DNA of 64,000 nucleotides from Octopus sinensis (Eukaryota), in assembly GCF_006345805.1 (NCBI RefSeq), contig NC_043012.1, forward strand, positions 10,292,001 to 10,356,000. Direction: 5' to 3'. Every line of letters starts with the position of its first letter. Position 1 is the first letter of the stretch. Below, piece after piece: positions 1 to 12,515 of the stretch. The notes under the pieces are model-generated. The model did not search any database, was not told where the DNA came from, and worked only from the letters and a program-made list of their open reading frames with translations. Both the position numbers and the translations under genes were made by a program.

Positions 1-844
1 TGACGAAAGGGCGCTACAAACCAGTTACGTAGAGTCTAAAATAGGTGTACCGTTCACTTTTCCTTTACTATACAAGTCTTATTCTTTAAAATATATCAAC
101 TCCAGCTAACTTAGTATAAAAGTAAAATAGTTAAGATCCTTACACAGAAACTCATATACACCAGTAACACACATTATTCAGTTAGCCTAATAAATCGATC
201 GTTAAATAAATTATACGAATTCATATTGCTGCAGTGAAAGACATTTTATCTAGCTTTAAGTTCATGCGAAGGAATCTGTCAAACACCTTGGGTAATTAAA
301 CAGCATATGTAAATTAATAATGAACATTAATTTGAAGTAACTGTATAAAGAGAAACTGAAGTGGTTGCACTTCTTGGGGTATACGGGACTAATTATCGAA
401 ATTTGAGAAGGAAGAATTATGTGTCTTGCCCATAAACACAATGAAACCTCGCTTGAATTCACGATAACCGATTCATTGTTGAAATTAACGAGCGATAAAC
501 TCTACCAGTCAGCGTTAGAAATCTAATTACCCAAACTCTGCATGGTTTATAGATTAGCTTCTCATAAGGTGTCCTGCAGTATATCTACCATCAAACATTT
601 TAATATATCATTTCAGTTCTTGAGACACTATTATTACATCTGAACAGCGAGAGTATGAAGATGATGGAGAGGTAGTAGCAGTAGAAGTAATAGTAGTAGT
701 AACAGCAGCAGCAGCCTGAACTGTGCTAAAATATATATCCTATCTAGTATCAAGGTAATGTTATATGTCGTTACTGTTATAAGCTGGTTAGCAATAGTGC
801 TGAGTTCGTAAAATCGTTTGATCATCCGATAAGTGACGATGCCA

Positions 845-1400
845 TAATTCTTCCAGTTCTATCGAATCTGAGTTCAAGTATCGCATTATATTTTTATCCT
901 TTCAGGGTTGATAAAATACAGTAACAGAGAAGTACTATTGGTAACAACTACTGGTGGTAGACGATGTCAGTAAACACCCATTGTCTCAAATTGCTGGTGT
1001 CGTGCCAAATTTAGATTAAAATAATTAAGAGACCTCTAGAATCACTAGAGAGGTATTTCTTCCGGCTATTCATGTTCTGTTTTCAAATCACGCCGGTCAA
1101 ATTTGCTTTCCACAGTTTCAAAGTCAACGAAATGAGAGATGGCCAAGTAGGGAAGTTGATGTAATCGACAAACATTTCTACCGAAAGTCGCTAATCGTTT
1201 CGCTTGTCTTGAGATTGTTGAAGGTGTTCACCTCCAATTATCAGTAAAATTTGGGTCAAAAGTCCGTGCGGTACTTGTTCTGGCTATTTTTGTATTGAAT
1301 TCATGTTCCACCGCCGTCCACTTTGCCTGTCAACATATTTTTGCCGATAGCATAAGGTGCCATTCAATGATTGAGTGTTGATGTAATCGATTAAACCTCT
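845..1400 (+). repeat. Three heavily eroded copies of the SINE body seen intact at 56147 and 59181
   Basis: Recurrent degenerate motifs (ctgagttcaa / ttcaaatcacgcc, tttatcctttcagggttgataaaa, gttgatgtaatcga) at roughly 210-bp spacing. Confidence 0.45.
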
Positions 1401-1526
1401 CCTATTCCATTACTCGCCTTGTCCTAACATATGAAACAATTACATTTAAGATGGCAAGCAGGCAGAATCGTTATCGAGACAGAGAAAATGCTTAACGGCA
1501 TTTCTTTACGGTATTTAGTGTGTCAG

Positions 1527-1570
1527 TATATATATATATATATATATATATATGCATGTATGTATGCATG

Positions 1571-1606
<36 letters not shown>

Positions 1607-1628
1607 TGTATGTATGTATGTATGTATG

Positions 1629-1663
<35 letters not shown>

Positions 1664-1680
1664 ATATATATATATATATA
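1527..1680. repeat. Compound (TA)n/(TATG)n microsatellite
   Basis: Seen directly. Confidence 0.95.
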
Positions 1681-2155
1681 ATTGATGTATGGGTGGATAG
1701 CGAAACATCTAGAATTTCAATTAAAAATAGTTGACCAAATCCATAGTAATATTCTTTAGTGAACACAAAGAGGAAGTTCTGGAAATGCTATTATACTTTT
1801 TACTGTAGAATGTTGAAATCAACATCTGGTCTTCAAAAAAAAAAATCTTGACTAATTTAATTGCAAAAATTATTTTTCCTTTCTCTTCATATCACCCCTG
1901 AAATTAAAAGACCACTAATTACTAAACAAATAAGTCTGATTATACAAAACGAACGCCTCTTCTTCCTTCCCCACAATTTTTATTTCTTCTCCCTTGCTTG
2001 GCGGACCCCAGAAAAGTTTTAATAAAAAAAAATACATAAAATCGAAGACAGCGCTAAAAATGTAACTACGATGTAAATATATATATATATAATCATCCAA
2101 CATTCTGACTACCTTATTATTCGAAATATACAATACCTGTGCATTACTTCAAAAG

Positions 2156-2285
2156 TCTCTCTCTTTCCTTCCTTCTCTCTCTCTCTCTCACTCTCTCTCT
2201 TTCTCTCTCTCTCTATATATATACATGTACACATACATATACATACATATATACATACACACATACACACACACACACACACACT
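2156..2285. repeat. Compound (CT)n/(TA)n/(CA)n microsatellite
   Basis: Seen directly. Confidence 0.9.
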
Positions 2286-2667
2286 CAAAAACATCCATAT
2301 ATGTACATGTTCATATTTGTGCACACCTACACATACCACACATGAGTACACATTATCATTTTTAATAAAATAATTAATTGATATAATTGAAGATTTGGCA
2401 TCAAATACTTAAAACAAAAGGAATGTACAAGAGAAAATTCTGATTTGATGCATGTCTTATTTCCCGTGAGATTAAATATTGAGGATGAAGCACCTGTCGG
2501 AAATGTCAGCTATCCCCTCTAAAATTGAAACCCTTATGAATAAGAAAGAATAAAAATAAGGATTTCTCATTCACATGTTTTTAATAATCGTTGTGTGTTA
2601 CCGATGGTGGGAGCTTGTTGATGTCAAATCCACGCAGTATTCTTTCAAAATGAAACTTAAATTAAAT

Positions 2668-3393
2668 TACTAGTTGGTATCAAAATGTTCCCGGACTAGT
2701 TATATTTTATTGAAAAATAACTTATTTCCCTAAGTTTTAGCATCTTCGCTTTCGAACATCGAAATAATCACCTTGTGCACCGATACACCGGTCCCAGCGT
2801 TCCTACCGCTTATGGAATCTGGCCTGTAAGTCGTTTTCCGTAAGCGAGTGGAGGACTTTCTGTGATTCACTCTAGATCTCGACAACGGTGTTAAAACGGT
2901 GACCCCTGTGCTACATTTTTTATTGGGGAAGAGATGGAAGTCCGCAAGTGCTAAACATGGCGAATAGGGTGGGTGCGGAAATGATACCCTGTTGTTTTTG
3001 GCTAGAAACTTACGTTTGAGTTGAGCTCGGTGACAGAGTGCATTGTTTTCGTGAAGAATCCGATTCTTCGCACTCCATAAATCCGGTCGCTCTCACTGAA
3101 TGTCCTCCATCAAACGCTTGAAAACGTCGCAGCAGAATTCTCCATTGACAGTCGGCTTCTGGGGATCGAATCACCAACGCACCATAGCGAAGATGTCGAA
3201 AAAAACGATGAGCACGCTCTTGATTCTGCTGCAGTTCTGCCGTGCCTCCTCTGTCGTAGAGATGAAGGGATATTTCATTGCCCGCATAGCCTTATGAAGG
3301 TCGCTGCCAACTCTCACTGCTCACACAACTTTGTGCTGCCATATGTTGGCGTGCTACAGAACTAGTTCGAGAACTTTCTGATACCATTACGCA
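2668..3393 (-). mobile_element. Internally deleted mariner (Tc1/mariner) element with both TIRs
   Basis: 26-bp TIR cores at 2676-2701 and 3360-3385 with 4 mismatches. Minus-strand translation with stops/frameshift gives KSVLIVFFD, ILHENNA, FPHPPYSPCLALADFHLFP and RWDRCIGAQGDYF, matching the mariner catalytic domain and YSPDLAP motif. The N-terminal HTH half is missing. Confidence 0.9.
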
Positions 3394-4223
3394 TGCCACA
3401 AGATAGATTACTTAGTTATGGTTTGTAGAGCCTTATGTTAATTATCGCTACATAAACGGCGGATTAAATTATAGCGTAGGTGACAAATCTTAAAATTCAG
3501 ATTTGTTTTTCTTAATGAAATGAATATCGATGTATGACATGCATAAGTCTTGCTCCATTTTCGGACATTTATACTTTGCATTTTTATTTGCGTGTTTGGG
3601 ATTTGATATTTTGAACATGGAAGTTTATATTTGGACAGAAAAAAAAAAACTGTGATTTCCCGCTTCTTTTCATTGATAACTTATATAAAATTCCACGTTT
3701 ATATCGGATACATAAACGGATTGAAATAGTCATTGGAATGCAGATTAACCTAAAACTTAACTAGTATTCGGACGTATTACGCTGCTATGCGAGAAAGAGA
3801 AAGCTGGAGATTAGAGAGAAATAAACAGCGACAAACAAACAAAGAAAAAGATAATGAAATAAACCCAGTGCAAGATATCTATCACACTACTTCACCTCCA
3901 CTCTCCTTTCTGTCGCCCTCTCGCACACTGTAACTCTATCATTATATCGCCACTTATCTCCATTGCTCTTCCTTGCTCGGTTTTGTTGACAATCTTCACT
4001 TAAGATATGCCTCTCATTCCGAAACGTCTACGTAATCTCATTTAGCAGTCTTTTACTCTTTCATTATCTTATATAACATCTCTGTCTCTACCTCTCCATT
4101 TCTCTCTCTTTCTCAAACAGTGTGATACAAATTATGGAATTCTAAAACCAAATTGCATTTAAAAAACATTGTTGCTTTATATTCCAGTATAAATACTATA
4201 CTTAACTTGCCAATGAGATGGAA

Positions 4224-4228
<5 letters not shown>

Positions 4229-4277
<49 letters not shown>

Positions 4278-4494
4278 GGCTTTAAAATGTTCGTTTTGTT
4301 AGTTTCATGAGGAAAGAAAGACACAGACAACTGACATATGTGTATACATACATACATACATATCCATGCGTGAATATGTATATATGTATACTAACTAATA
4401 GACAGATATAAATATATATGTATACATATATATATGCATATACAAACATATATGTATGTTGATATATATGGGTGTGTATGTATGAATGTATGTA

Positions 4495-4568
<74 letters not shown>

Positions 4569-4825
4569 CGTCACATAACGTTTTATGCTTTCCATTAATA
4601 TAATCTGAGTAGATATTCTTTTCAATCCGCAATAAGTCTGCTGCTGTTGCAGACTGAGACATTTAATGGTATTTAAGCAATCGAAACATATTTATATGGA
4701 TTACAACAGACATGTAATTCAATAATGATAGCCATATTTTATTGGTCTAGACTGCTGCTAGTATACCTATATAAATATGCATGTTTTTATATACACAGAC
4801 ACAGAGACACACACACACATACATA

Positions 4826-4880
<55 letters not shown>

Positions 4881-5128
4881 ACATATGTGTCTGCACGTGT
4901 GCGCATAATGTGATATGATATATAGATATATTTATATACGTATATGTCCATGTATATATACATATTTATACTTGTAGATACATACGCACACAAACACACA
5001 TATATATTTCAAAGTGTGAATCTAATTTGTCAGGCTCCATAAGTTTTAAGATAGATTCCTTGATTCACTAATATACTAATAACACTTGTAAGTACATCAA
5101 ACGCATAGATACATATTTTCATACATTT

Positions 5129-5213
<85 letters not shown>
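4229..5213. repeat. Cluster of (TA)n, (TACA)n and (CA)n microsatellites
   Basis: Seen directly. Confidence 0.9.
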
Positions 5214-5217
<4 letters not shown>

Positions 5218-5420
5218 TCATCATTTAGCGTCCGCTTTCCATGCTAGCATGGGTTGGACGATTTTGACTGAGGGCTGGCGAACCAGATGGCTGCAACAGG
5301 CTCCAATCTTTATCTGGCAGGGTTTCTACAGCGTCATGTCCTTCCTAACGCTAATCACTCCGTGCCACCGGCACAGGTGCCAGTAAGGTGACGTTGGTAA
5401 CGATCACGCTCGAACGGCAC
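5214..5420 (-). mobile_element. Fragment of a short interspersed repeat with a (TGA)n tail
   Basis: GC-richer island beginning catcatcatttagcgtccgctttccatgctagcatgggttggacg; resembles a common octopus SINE-like repeat from memory; family not confirmed. Confidence 0.5.
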
Positions 5421-5457
5421 CGAAGCCGTGAGGTGGTGCGTGTCATGTGAATGTACG

Positions 5458-5492
<35 letters not shown>

Positions 5493-5562
5493 CAGAATGA
5501 AATAAAAAAAAAATCCAAGGCTGTGAAAGATTTGAGAACATTTATAAAAAGAAGGTTTTACT

Positions 5563-5600
5563 GCTGTTTCAGGAATATTTTATAGATCCTTTCATCGGAG
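5563..5600 (-). ncRNA. Degenerate hammerhead-like motif (Penelope pLTR type)
   Basis: Minus strand CCGAUGA-A-AGGA..UCCU-GAAA-CAGCAGUA. U4 is replaced by C, the palindromic stem III has one mismatch, and stem I is not convincing. Confidence 0.35.
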
Positions 5601-8221
5601 TCGGTGATGAAACACTAATCGATGTGACAATGTATAACAATAATTGACAAGGACGACTTGAAAACCAAACAGTTATATCAATGTTAATATAGTATATTTG
5701 TCAACTGGCATTTAATTAAAATTACGACGGCATTAAGGAGACAATACAATTAGCTTAAAAATTAAATCTAGTCAAGAAAGGTAAATGAAAAAATTGCGGA
5801 CCTAAATTAATTGTAAAGTGAAAGTAAATCAGAGAATGGATTTGGTCTTTCATAAGTACGCTGAAAACTAAAAGTCTACTTCTGCCGTATTACATCTCTT
5901 CAGCGAACCAAATGAAAACCTTAGTAAAGGAAATCTCGATATCCTTCTGTAATGAAGCAGTCTTCCGGCTCACTTTGTAGATGTATTTATAGTTGGTTAT
6001 ATAAGAGTACTCTACACATTTGTATTTGTAAAAAAGCAGGTACCATTTTAAATAATTCATACTTCCATATATAACGCCCATGAGTAGGAAATTTACGGAA
6101 TATATTAATAGATAAGTATCTTGTTGAAGTAGAGTGTCCTGAACTTTTAGCACCACGTCTTAGTTAAATGAATAACATTTTTAGAATTCTTTTTCAAATA
6201 TTTGAAATGGCGAATAAAAGTTTCAAAATTTTAATAAAACTATCGTTTTCTAGGGAATTAGGTGGTTTTTATTTAGTCTCCTTTTACAGAAAATAATTTT
6301 AGCCATTTTCTTTTTACGTCATTTCCTGTCTTTATCCATCAAATATTTTGTTTTTATCCCTTAGGTTGTCCTTCAAACTTAGCGCAAGTTAATTAATGAA
6401 ATATCAAAACGTGATTCCATTGCAAACGCTTGATAGTATGTATGTATGCGTGTGTATGCGCTTGTATGTTTATATGTGTGAGTTCATCGAGGCCTGTGTA
6501 TGAGAGTATTTTTAGTGTGTGTTCACGTTCGTAATTTTTCTTTCTTAATTATTCTTTATATCTCTTTTAATTTCTTTCAAATCTTTCAGTTCGCATTTAT
6601 ATTCCGTTTTCTCCTCTTCTCCCTTTCGTTATCTCGCTGTCTCTTTTTTTCTCTCTCTCTCTGTCTCTCTTTCACTCTCACACTCCAACTCTCTACATTT
6701 ACATTTTTTTCTTTTTCTTTCATACTTACACATTATTCTCTAAATTCTTTCTATATTTCTTATTTGTATTTCTAAAGTGTCAATGTTTCAAATTAACAGC
6801 TCCCACAGGCAAAACACACGCACATAGACTGCGTGCGCACACATACACACAACGTATATTCATTATGTAGGTATTATCTGAAAATATTTATGGGATTTAC
6901 TGCATTTTAGTTTATTTCTAGAAATATGATAAAAATGGGAATTTGTTTTATTGCGTTATTTTTTCGCCAAAATATATCTTAAAGACTGGAGAAAATTTGA
7001 ACAATATCGTTAAATGAAAACCTTCCTATAATACAGAAAGCACAAAAGTGGTATTCATGAAAAATAAAATTTAAAATACTACATAAATAGATAAAATTTC
7101 AGGGAGTGGAGAATTTCTTAAATTAAGAAGCAGATTGAAATGCTGCATCTACTTCGAAATATTTAAACTTTGAACTGCATTTATTTTCAACCAAGCAACC
7201 TTATCCACTCCATACACTATTATGAGCCTGACATTACATATTTCTCAATTTAACAATCGCCATCAATCGGTGCGAAAATTTACAGATTATCTCCCCAAAT
7301 TCGATTAAATACGGAGAATCTTCATTAGGATGAACAATATTAATAAGTAGTTCTAGCTGCGCTCAGTTTGACTCAACCTAAATGCGAAATATCTGATTTC
7401 CTGCCAAATTCAAGAATATATTGCTCTTTTGCTCATTTTTCATCTGTCTGTTATCACTTGCCAGCATACTACATTCCGGAATTTCAAATGTCCTTATTGT
7501 GTAATGTAAACTACTTTCATCTGATTGGAAACCTTTATAGTGGCTTTAAAAGTAACATGGGATTTCAATTGATATTCCGTACATCATGAGCCTTCAAGAT
7601 CTGCCAATACAAAACGACGCAGGCTTTGAACATAAAATAAAACCATTTAACCCTAAACACACTAGAATGGTTAAAGTATGCGCTTGAAAGGATGCTGTTT
7701 CATAAACACTTTCACAGAGGCATAAACAATTTGGAAAAGTTACGATCAACGATACGAGAGACTCGGAATAGAGATATGCATACAGAAAATGAGAGTTTGT
7801 CGGTCAATGTTTAAGGTCAAGTTCTCAATATTCACTTATTGAAAAGAAAAACAAGTGACGTTTGTTTTGCCCGTGAATGGAAAATGTTGTGCATGTTTGT
7901 AGCAGTCTGCATAACGTTATTTCAGAGTGACTACAAGTCATAAGCAATTTTCTCTCAATTTTACGCTGTAAAAAGAAATGTCTTTAACACTCCAATGAAG
8001 TCATATAAATATATACGCAAAAAAGCACTAAATGAATCAGATAAGTCAAAAATTCGATGCGATTTTTGCACCCAGACAAAGAAACAAAACTGGGCATCAT
8101 TATAGATGACATGAAAAAGAGAACTTAACAAAATAAACGTTGCAATTCATTCAAACAATGATATTGTAGAAAAGAGAATAGAAAAGATTTCGAAATATGT
8201 TGATTTAAAGGAATATATTTC

Positions 8222-8708
8222 CTGCGTCCCCAAAGTCCATTCCTTCCTCACAGTGGTGGAGACGCTGGCAACGGGTAGTGTCAGAGCTATGCCGTCGGGA
8301 ACTTCGGTTCCTGGTAGGGCCACCCAAGGCGGATTGGTCTGACACCGAGCGGTATTAGAGCCACAACCCGGTGAAAATCCTCGGAGTGTCTGTTTCGGCA
8401 ACCGGCGGCTCCTCGGTCGTTCTGTCCCTGCGTCTGTAGACAATCTGCGGCAAACAGGATGTCTCTACATGCGGGATTGTTGGGGACCGCTTGTGAAGTC
8501 CACATATTCCCACGAAACGTCTCCCATGAATTCTCAATGGCGAATACAATGGCAATGTATGCGCCGATGGAACCTTGATTGGCTCGCTGTCTCCAGTGAA
8601 CTGGTGCAGGACCGTCGTGCGTTGGCTGCCATGGTTCGAGACGCCTCGAGAGTGGTAGAAGAAGCCGACTCAACCCGCCCAGGGTGAATGTCGCCTCAAG
8701 TACAAGTA
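8222..8708 (+). mobile_element. Short bipartite RTE-derived non-autonomous element (5' leader fused to 3' end)
   Basis: GC-rich island. The 5' part gagctatgccgtcggg...cctggtagggccacccaagg resembles RTE/Rex3-type 5' UTRs. The 3' part encodes ..VQDRRALAAMVRDA..STRPG* followed by a (caagta)2 tail. Confidence 0.65.
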
Positions 8709-9389
8709 GAAATAAGTAATAGATTCCCGGCAGAATATTAGAAAGTTTTATCAGTTATTATTTTAGCATGAAGGTAATTTTCTCCAAAATTATCATATGT
8801 ATTTCAATAGCTGGACATAACGCGACTCATATGAGTGCTGTAAAATTCTATCCATCAAGGAACAGCACATATTTTTAGAAATGTGCCCTGATGGTTACCT
8901 GTATTTGAGCAGCGCCAGCTTGGTTGTATTTTAGAGAATTCTGAAGCTCAGCGTCGAAGGCAGAGAGAATGAATGGAGACGAAGGAAATTGTAATTGAGT
9001 GCTGGGTCAGAAGTGAAGCAATTACAAGGGAACTCAGAAAATGTATTCCAAAAATGCATGATATCATAATAGAATGAAATAGAAAACGTTCAGGTATGTA
9101 AGCAACGGTTAGCCCATCAACCAAGAGCGATAAGCACAAATGGTTAGCAGACATGGAAAGTGAGTAAATAAAAGGGTGAATGGAAAACAAAGAAAATACT
9201 TCGCTAGCAGATAGCGAGCCTATCGAACGCAGAGGGATGAATGGTGGCAGTGAAGATGTAGGAATCGGTGTTAATACAATTTCAGAAGAAGGAGCTGAAG
9301 TAACAGGAAAAAAACCTATATTAGAAGGACGCAATAATGATCAACGATATGTTGTGAGGGTGATGTGCCTATATATTAGAGAATAACAG

Positions 9390-9670
9390 GATCAAACAAT
9401 CCCTAATATGTATATTGATAGTCGCAAACTGAAAACAGAAATGGAAAAGATTGATTCTGTTCTTGGACATATTTCGGAAGAAAATATAACAGAAACCGAC
9501 GAGATTGTCAGGTTTGCATAAAAGATTTTCGAGGAGAGAGAGAGAGAGTGATACAAAAGAAGAGAACGTGCAGTACGTAAAGAACAATAATGGCGAAGAT
9601 GAATTTATAGAAAACGAAGTAAGAAGGACATTGGGGAGATGACAGATTGAAACAGAAGAAATTGCGCAAT
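9390..9670 (+). pseudogene. Decayed N-terminal ORF fragment of an R4/Dong-like non-LTR element
   Basis: IDSRKLKTEMEKIDSVLGHISEENITETDEIVRFA* and WRR*I..KKDIG resemble the pre-RT region of R4/Dong ORFs (by eye). Confidence 0.45.
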
Positions 9671-9896
9671 GAAATCATAGGAATATGATTTAATATATTG
9701 GCCTTGTAATTCCTTTTTGGTAGGCATTGATCTTGACCTGCTATGATAAACCTGTCTGTTTCAGAGGACGTTAGCCATTGATGGGTCAGGGCTTTGTCAA
9801 CATCAGCATTATTCGCTCTCTTTGGGCATTTGCCATTGAGAGGTTTTTCTTGCCAGTTATCAGTCAGAATATCTAAGGCAGCAGTTTTAGCACGTT

Positions 9897-10052
<156 letters not shown>

Positions 10053-11059
10053 AGTAGACCAACCACCCCAATAACACAAACCGAAGAAATATCATCGAAG
10101 TCAATTCAGATGAAATAATTAAGATTTAAAATAAAGCCGTTTGCCAAACAGACACCAAATCGTGCATCTTGTTTCTATGTCATTTATCCAGACAAAATAA
10201 AGAAGAGCTACATAATGTAGAGCATTTTAAAATATACTAACGAAAAACATCGCATAAAGATTATATTCACCGAGATTAAGGGAGGTTAGCGACATCTTCA
10301 AGAAGCAGAGTAATATAATCTTATGTGGAAAAAAAAAACACTTGTATTTAGCAAAGAAAACTTATACAAAACATGAAGAAAAATGATTAAAAAATTGTAT
10401 CTGCTGAATAGAAGGAAGCGAACGCTTAGAGTGTTAAGCGACTACTGTGAGCTTAATGGAAAACAACAACTAATATAATATAAACAACTATCTGAAAATG
10501 TTGTTTCGAAATTGCTACTCATATGTCTGTTTGTCTGTCTTTCTGTCTGTCTAACTACATACTTATCTATCAAACACTCTATCTATCAATCTACGGATGC
10601 ATGTGTGTATATGCATATTAATATACATGTTCATATACATATTCATGTATGTGTATGTGTGTGTGAGTTTGTGTCTGCGTGAGTGTGTATGTGCGTGTGT
10701 GTGCGTGTGTGTGCGTGTGGTACGACTGTGTCTATATGTGTGTGTATGTATGTATGCATCCATACTTACATACATATGCACAAGATAATTTCAGTACGGT
10801 CCAACGGACCCTGGTTGCAGGAAAATGGACTCAATACACTGAATGATAAAAATACATATCTTAAGAAATACCAGATGAACCAAAATTAAAAATGGCGCGA
10901 ATGGGATGAAATGAAGGCGCTTGATATAAATTTTCCAGAGAGTGAGAAGAGAGGAAGGCGAGTAGGAGTGAGAGGTAAAGGTGATGGAGGATAGAAAGAG
11001 AGGAACTAAGAAAACATCACGTAGACTGAGCATCATGGAAGAAAAAGAAATCTATGTAT

Positions 11060-11321
11060 ATTAAAAAATATTTACATTTGACGGATATTTGTCCTCATCT
11101 TGTTTGTTGTTAACACATCGTTTCGGCTGATATACCCTCCAGCTTCATCAGGTGTCTTGGGGAAATTTCGAAACTGGGTTCTCATTACTATGGTATTTTG
11201 CGGTGTTGGTATTATTATTATTATTATCATTATTATTATTATTATTCAGGTCACTGCCTGGAATCGAACTCGGAATCTTTGTGTTAGTAGCCCGCGCTCT
11301 TAAACACTTCGCCATATGCCC
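11060..11321 (-). mobile_element. tRNA-headed SINE-like element with an internal (AAT)n spacer and a hammerhead-containing body
   Basis: Minus-strand head gggcatatggcgaagtgtttaagagcgcgggctactaac..gagttcgattcc with A-box-like and B-box sequences (11248-11321), then (AAT)n, then the hammerhead fold. Confidence 0.8.
11112..11156 (-). ncRNA. Minimal type I hammerhead ribozyme fold (this copy probably inactive)
   Basis: GACAC-CUGAUGA-A-GCUG(gagggtatat)CAGC-C-GAAA-CG-A-U-GUGUU. Stem I GACAC/GUGUU, intact core, 4-bp stem II; position 16.1 is A instead of U. Confidence 0.7.
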
Positions 11322-12177
11322 ATGTTCATATGGCGTATTATATAATGTTATATAGTATAATACTACATATTATAATACTATAATATTAAAGTATTTTACA
11401 ATATATTATGATATAGTATTATATAATATAGTATAACATAGTATTATATAATATTATATCGTTATATAATGTTATAATATTAAAATAGTATTTTGTGTGC
11501 AATGTCATACATGGTGTATTTGTAATACAGTAAAAGTTTGAAGTTTTAAATCGATTCTGTTAGAACAGTGAACCAGCTGTCTTGCAGTCTATGTTCTGTC
11601 TCTTTATATCCACGCGCAACTCATACAAATGGTTTCACCCAATAACTGGTTCAACACCATCTGCAGGTTTCTTGAGAAACTTTCACGAAGTCTACTCTGT
11701 TGCAAATATTGAAACCAAGTTTGAAGCTCGGAGAAGTTATCCTCAAACCAAAGTGTACACATAATCGGCACTGCATTCCCACGCGATAAAAAATAATGAA
11801 ATGAAAAATAGTAAAAGAAAAAAACCCTTTTTGCTTTCCATTTTGATCATTCCGTTTTATTAAAGGTTTTCTGTACATTTCGCCGAATGTGAAACTATCC
11901 TGCCACTAATTTATAATCACTGTAAATCCGCTCAGTGCTTCCTACTGCTACTATAGACACTTCTGATCCTCCAAACTGACTGATCTGCTACTAAATCTAT
12001 TATTTTCATCCCTCTCACTCGTACGTCCTCGTCCATTTACACTTATTATGTTCGCACATGGAGGGCCCCATATTGACTGCAACAACTTAACCTTTCTTAT
12101 CATGTAAGTTCTTTGGTAATCTGTCTGATCCTCTATTTCTTGCACACGTTTGTATCCTACTGTTTAAGATTAACATT

Positions 12178-12331
12178 CATCATCATTGTTCGACCGTGGT
12201 CGAGACAATGGAATTTACCATGCTACACCAGACTTCACGGTCCATCATGGCATTACGGAGGTCCTGTTGCTGGATGCCTGTATCTCTGGAGATTAACATT
12301 AGCCATGTCGATCTCAATATCCATATGGGTG
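12178..12331 (-). mobile_element. 3' end of an RTE-clade LINE
   Basis: Minus strand ..ISRDTGIQQQDLRNAMMDREVWCSMVNSIVSTTVEQ* (the AMDR..W motif of RTE C-termini) followed by a (TGA)n tail. Confidence 0.7.
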
Positions 12332-12488
12332 TTAAAACGAACACTGGTATAACTTATGTTTCAAAAGTTAACTTACGTGAACATGATACGCTTCTGCATA
12401 AAGATAAAATAACATTTTATATATTTTCTTCCTTTTGCTGAATATACATTTTCAAGTCTTCAGTAAAATCTTGACGGGACAGTGCTCA

Positions 12489-12515
12489 TGACCTATGACA
12501 TTTGACCCCTGACGT
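12489..12515. promoter_or_regulatory. Four TGACNN half-sites in DR1 spacing (candidate nuclear-receptor element)
   Basis: TGACCT-a-TGACAT-t-TGACCC-c-TGACGT with exact 7-bp period; function is inferred only. Confidence 0.3.

Noticed and set aside
5890-6156. 88-aa minus-strand ORF as Penelope coding sequence upstream of the 5563 motif
   Set aside because: No RT or GIY-YIG motifs found in any frame.
9180-9386. 68-aa ORF MENKENTSLADSEP...
   Set aside because: No recognisable domain or usable splice pair; it lies directly upstream of a decayed R4/Dong fragment and is probably part of it.
9720-9896. Structured segment next to (ATT)n as a possible HDV-like ribozyme
   Set aside because: Local hairpins exist (CUCUC/GAGAG, GGC/GCC, GCGAA) but I could not assemble the P1-P1.1-P2-P3 double pseudoknot.
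11248-11321. Possible tRNA genes at SINE heads (also 15670-15740, 18588, 33980-34052, 44361)
   Set aside because: A/B boxes are present but there is no complete cloverleaf or acceptor stem, and each continues into a repeat body.
11582-11878. Overlapping short ORFs as a possible exon
   Set aside because: No recognisable protein and no convincing splice-site pair on either strand.
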